Of a DNA stretch of 64,000 nt, positions 60,964 through 64,000 are shown piece by piece (positions within the stretch are counted from its first letter, which is position 1; every line of letters starts with the position of its first letter). The stretch lies in contig CAWJMB010000002.1 of NCBI GenBank assembly GCA_963843845.1, positions 608,001 to 672,000 of the forward strand, in the 5' to 3' direction. The notes beneath the pieces are model-generated. The model was not told the origin of the DNA. It saw only the letters and a list, made by a program, of their open reading frames with translations, and searched no databases. Origin of the DNA: an uncultured Gemmatimonadaceae bacterium (GTDB lineage: Bacteria; Gemmatimonadota; Gemmatimonadetes; Gemmatimonadales; Gemmatimonadaceae). The position numbers and the translations under genes were made by a program.

Positions 60964-63714
60964 ATGTCATCCTCCCACTTCCGCCTCGTCACGCTCGGCC
61001 GGATGGCGCTCGTCGCGCCGACGGGCGAGGAGGACGCGTCGCTCGGAACGCGGCGGCGGAAGCTCGCGCTGCTGGCACTGCTCGCGCTCGCCCGGCGTCC
61101 CCTGTCGCGCGACCTGCTCGTCGAGATGTTCTGGGGCGACCAGGCGGAGGAGCGCGCCCGCCACTCGCTGAGCGACGCGCTGTCGCACCTCCGCCGCGCC
61201 CTCGGCGCCGGCTCGATCACGACGCGGCGGGCGGAAGTGGCGCTCGATCCGGCGACGCCGCTCGCGGTCGACGTGCTGGAGTTGGCGGCCGCCGCCGACG
61301 CGCGTCGGTGGGGGGACGTCGTCGCGCTCTACGCCGGACCGTTTCTCGACGGCGTGCACGTCGCCGGGTCGCCGCGCTGGGAGCAGTGGGTGGACCAGCA
61401 GCGTCGCCAGATCGACGCCGCGTTCGAGAGCGCCTGCCGCGCCGAGTGTCTGCGACTCGCCGCCGAGGGAGAGAGAGGAGACGAGGGCGCGTGGAGCGAC
61501 TGCGCCGAGCTGGCGCAACGCTGGCTCGATCGTGCCCCACTTTCCGGAGACGCGGGTCGCCATCTCGTCGTGGCGCTCGCCGCGGACGGGACGCGTGACG
61601 CGGCCGTCCGCTCGCTCGACGAACACGACCGGCTCGTGCGGCACCTGCGCGCCGAGTACGGCGCGGCGCCCGATCCGGCGGTGACCGAGGCTGCGCAGGT
61701 GGTCGCAGCGCGACTGGCGACGATCCCGGCTGCGATCGTGCCGGATCGCGGGGAGGATGCTGCGCCGGGTTCCGTGCCGAACGCCGCGACCGGCCCGGCG
61801 CCGAGCGAGCCGCAGCCGGGATCGCGAGCCCGCTCCGCGTTCGGCCGTCGCGCACTCGTCGTCGGGGCGGTCGCGGCGACGCTGCTGATCGCGGCCGCCG
61901 TCATCGTCGCGACGGGGCGCCCGTGGCGTGGCGCCGACCTGCAGGCCGCGGCCCCGGGGCTGAGCGGACGAGTGCTCGTCGCCGACCTGCAGAGCAGCGG
62001 CGCCGACTACGCGTATGCGCTCCTCGTCGGCGAGGCGCTGCGCATCGGACTCGCCGCGACGCCGTCGCTCCGCGTCGTCGACGCCGGGGCGGTGGGGAGC
62101 GCGCTCGTCCGCGTGCAGCGCCCGTCGACGACGCCGGTCGACGCGCTCGTGGCGCGCGAGCTCGCTCGCAACGAACGGCTCGCGGCGATCGTCGTCGGCT
62201 CGGTGCGCGTCGGCCCGAACGGCGTCGCGCTCGCGGCGTCGATCGAATCGCCGACCGGGACCGTTCTCGCGCGAGCGGACGCGGTCGCGGCCGACACGAC
62301 GCAGCTCATCGCCGCGGCCGACACACTCGTTCGCCAGCTTCGGCGCGGCATCGGTGACGGCGCGAACGACGCGGCGACGTCCTCACTCGCCGCTGTCGCG
62401 ACGACATCGCCGCGCGCCCTCGAGCGCTACACACAGGCCGCACGCGCCGAGCGCGACGGCGGCATGGGCGACCGCGCGGTCGCGCTGCTCGAGGAGGCCG
62501 TCGCGCTCGACACGACGTTCGCGCTCGCCTACCGCCGCCTCGGACTGCTCCTCGACGAGAATCCGTATACGCGGGCGCGCATGGTCGATGCGCTGACGCG
62601 CGCGGAGCGGCACGCCGACCGCCTTCCCCCGCGCGACCGGCTGCACACCGCGGGCGTGTATCACATGCTCGTCACCGGTGACTACGGACGCGCCGCCGCG
62701 CTCTACCGCGAGATGCTCGCGCTGCAGCCCGACGACGGCGGGTCGTGGCACAACCTGGGCATGATCTACCAGTACATCGGCGACGAGCGGCGGGGCGCCG
62801 ACGCGTACGCCCGTGCGATCGCGATCGACCCCCGCAGCGCGTCGACCTGGTCGAACCTCATCGACGCCCGCTACGCGTCGGGCGACTCGGCTGGCGCGTG
62901 GCGGGCGATCGAAGAGATGAGCCGAACGCTCCCCGGGCATCGCGTTCTCTTCTCCCAGACCGCCGCGCTCGCCGCCGCCGACGGCGATTTCGCGCGGGCC
63001 GAGCAGGAGCTGTCGTCGTCGATCGCGGCGAACCCGAACAGCCCGCGCTCGATGGCGATCGACTACGCACTGCTCTCGTCGGTGTACTGGGCGGCCGGGC
63101 GCACCGACGACGGCGACGCGGCGCGGCGCGAGGCGATCCGGCTCGATCGGCGGCGCCGCGCGCACGAGACGGCGCTGCAGGGAGAGCTCGTGCTCGCCGC
63201 CGCGGCCGCCTGGCTCCGGCACGATCCGGGTGAGACCCGCCGCCGAGTCGTCGCCGCGCTCGCCGCGACGCCGATCGACCGCCTACCGCCGCTCGACCGG
63301 CCGTATCTCGACCTCGCGACGGCGTGGGCGTTGGGCGGCGATCCGGCGCGCGCCAGGGCGACCCTCGCGACGTACGAGCGGCTGACTCCCGAACCGGTCC
63401 GCCGCCAGAACGCCGGCGCCTGGCATCAGGCGCTCGGCAGCGTCGCGCTCGCGGAGCGACGGTATGACGACGCGATCGCGGAATTCCGCCGCGTCGCCGG
63501 CCCGCTCTGCACCGTCTGCGGGCTCGGCGAGCTGGCGGTGGCGTACGACGCGGTCGGCAGGGCCGACTCGGCGCGTGCCGTCTCCGCGCGCTTCCTGCGC
63601 ACGCGGACACTGCGGCGGGTCGACATGACCGACGGCTTCCACCGCCGGCGCGCGCTCGAGCGCGTGGGTACGGAGCGCGCGCTCGCCTCGCGGTCTACTG
63701 CACCGTCTTCGTGA
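60964..63714 (+). CDS. Membrane-anchored BTAD/SARP-like regulator with periplasmic TPR region
   Basis: FRLVTLG, LALLALLA, SRDLL..MFW, SLSDALSHLRRALG, LYAGPFLDG, TM helix, TPR repeats. Confidence 0.85.
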   Translation: MSSSHFRLVTLGRMALVAPTGEEDASLGTRRRKLALLALLALARRPLSRDLLVEMFWGDQAEERARHSLSDALSHLRRALGAGSITTRRAEVALDPATPLAVDVLELAAAADARRWGDVVALYAGPFLDGVHVAGSPRWEQWVDQQRRQIDAAFESACRAECLRLAAEGERGDEGAWSDCAELAQRWLDRAPLSGDAGRHLVVALAADGTRDAAVRSLDEHDRLVRHLRAEYGAAPDPAVTEAAQVVAARLATIPAAIVPDRGEDAAPGSVPNAATGPAPSEPQPGSRARSAFGRRALVVGAVAATLLIAAAVIVATGRPWRGADLQAAAPGLSGRVLVADLQSSGADYAYALLVGEALRIGLAATPSLRVVDAGAVGSALVRVQRPSTTPVDALVARELARNERLAAIVVGSVRVGPNGVALAASIESPTGTVLARADAVAADTTQLIAAADTLVRQLRRGIGDGANDAATSSLAAVATTSPRALERYTQAARAERDGGMGDRAVALLEEAVALDTTFALAYRRLGLLLDENPYTRARMVDALTRAERHADRLPPRDRLHTAGVYHMLVTGDYGRAAALYREMLALQPDDGGSWHNLGMIYQYIGDERRGADAYARAIAIDPRSASTWSNLIDARYASGDSAGAWRAIEEMSRTLPGHRVLFSQTAALAAADGDFARAEQELSSSIAANPNSPRSMAIDYALLSSVYWAAGRTDDGDAARREAIRLDRRRRAHETALQGELVLAAAAAWLRHDPGETRRRVVAALAATPIDRLPPLDRPYLDLATAWALGGDPARARATLATYERLTPEPVRRQNAGAWHQALGSVALAERRYDDAIAEFRRVAGPLCTVCGLGELAVAYDAVGRADSARAVSARFLRTRTLRRVDMTDGFHRRRALERVGTERALASRSTAPSS

Positions 63715-64000
63715 CCGGCGTGCCGAGCCCGCGCAGCGCGTTCCAGATGAGCGGGAACGTCGCGAGGGTCTGCGCGCGGTACTGCGGCCGGAAGCCGTAG
63801 AGCACGACGTGGCCTTTCCCCTGTCTGACGTCGACGAGCGCTCCCTTCCCGGCGATGCGCTGCCCGCCCAACAGCCACCCCGAGAGTAGCGCGTCGCCCT
63901 GCGCCGGGTAGCGGGCGACGATCGTCGCGCGGCTCGGGTCGGTGACCTCGAACGCCGGGCTGCTCTCGAACCACGCCATCGGCTGCGGCGCGGTCATTCC
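63695..64000 (-). CDS. C-terminus of a probable M14 peptidase-type protein (partial)
   Basis: LLSGWLLG, GKGHVVLYGFRPQYRAQTLATFPLIWNAL. Confidence 0.65.
   Translation of the reverse strand, partial: GMTAPQPMAWFESSPAFEVTDPSRATIVARYPAQGDALLSGWLLGGQRIAGKGALVDVRQGKGHVVLYGFRPQYRAQTLATFPLIWNALRGLGTPVTKTVQ

Overview
Very GC-rich bacterial chromosomal DNA, densely coding, with about 50 genes. The gene mix (PEP-CTERM proteins, PadR plus ADOP-type permeases, VPS10/BNR protein, BTAD-TPR regulator, futalosine-pathway MqnD) suggests Gemmatimonadota or a similar lineage; this is inference. I saw no rRNA, tRNA, CRISPR array or transposase. Many conserved genes carry clustered 1-nt indels, most likely long-read or polishing errors. 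The best candidate for an uncharacterised system is a co-oriented ~11.6 kb operon (25123-36735). It encodes a GH57/DUF3536 enzyme, three ATP-grasp ligases, two alpha/beta-hydrolases, a circularly permuted ATP-grasp ligase, a GCS2/YbdK ligase and a C26 gamma-glutamyl hydrolase. It sits next to glgA and a divergent amino-acid permease, and looks like a non-ribosomal amide/peptide build-and-remove pathway possibly tied to alpha-glucan metabolism. Other notable signals: a recurring GTTAGGC heptamer that supplies nearly all rare TTA codons I found; inverted GGGGATC/GGGGACC heptamer arrays; a ~230-nt nested hairpin element; an AbrB-Doc toxin-antitoxin relic with both genes internally deleted; an orphan MqsA-like regulator; and a serine operon with an embedded FAD-linked 2-hydroxyacid dehydrogenase.
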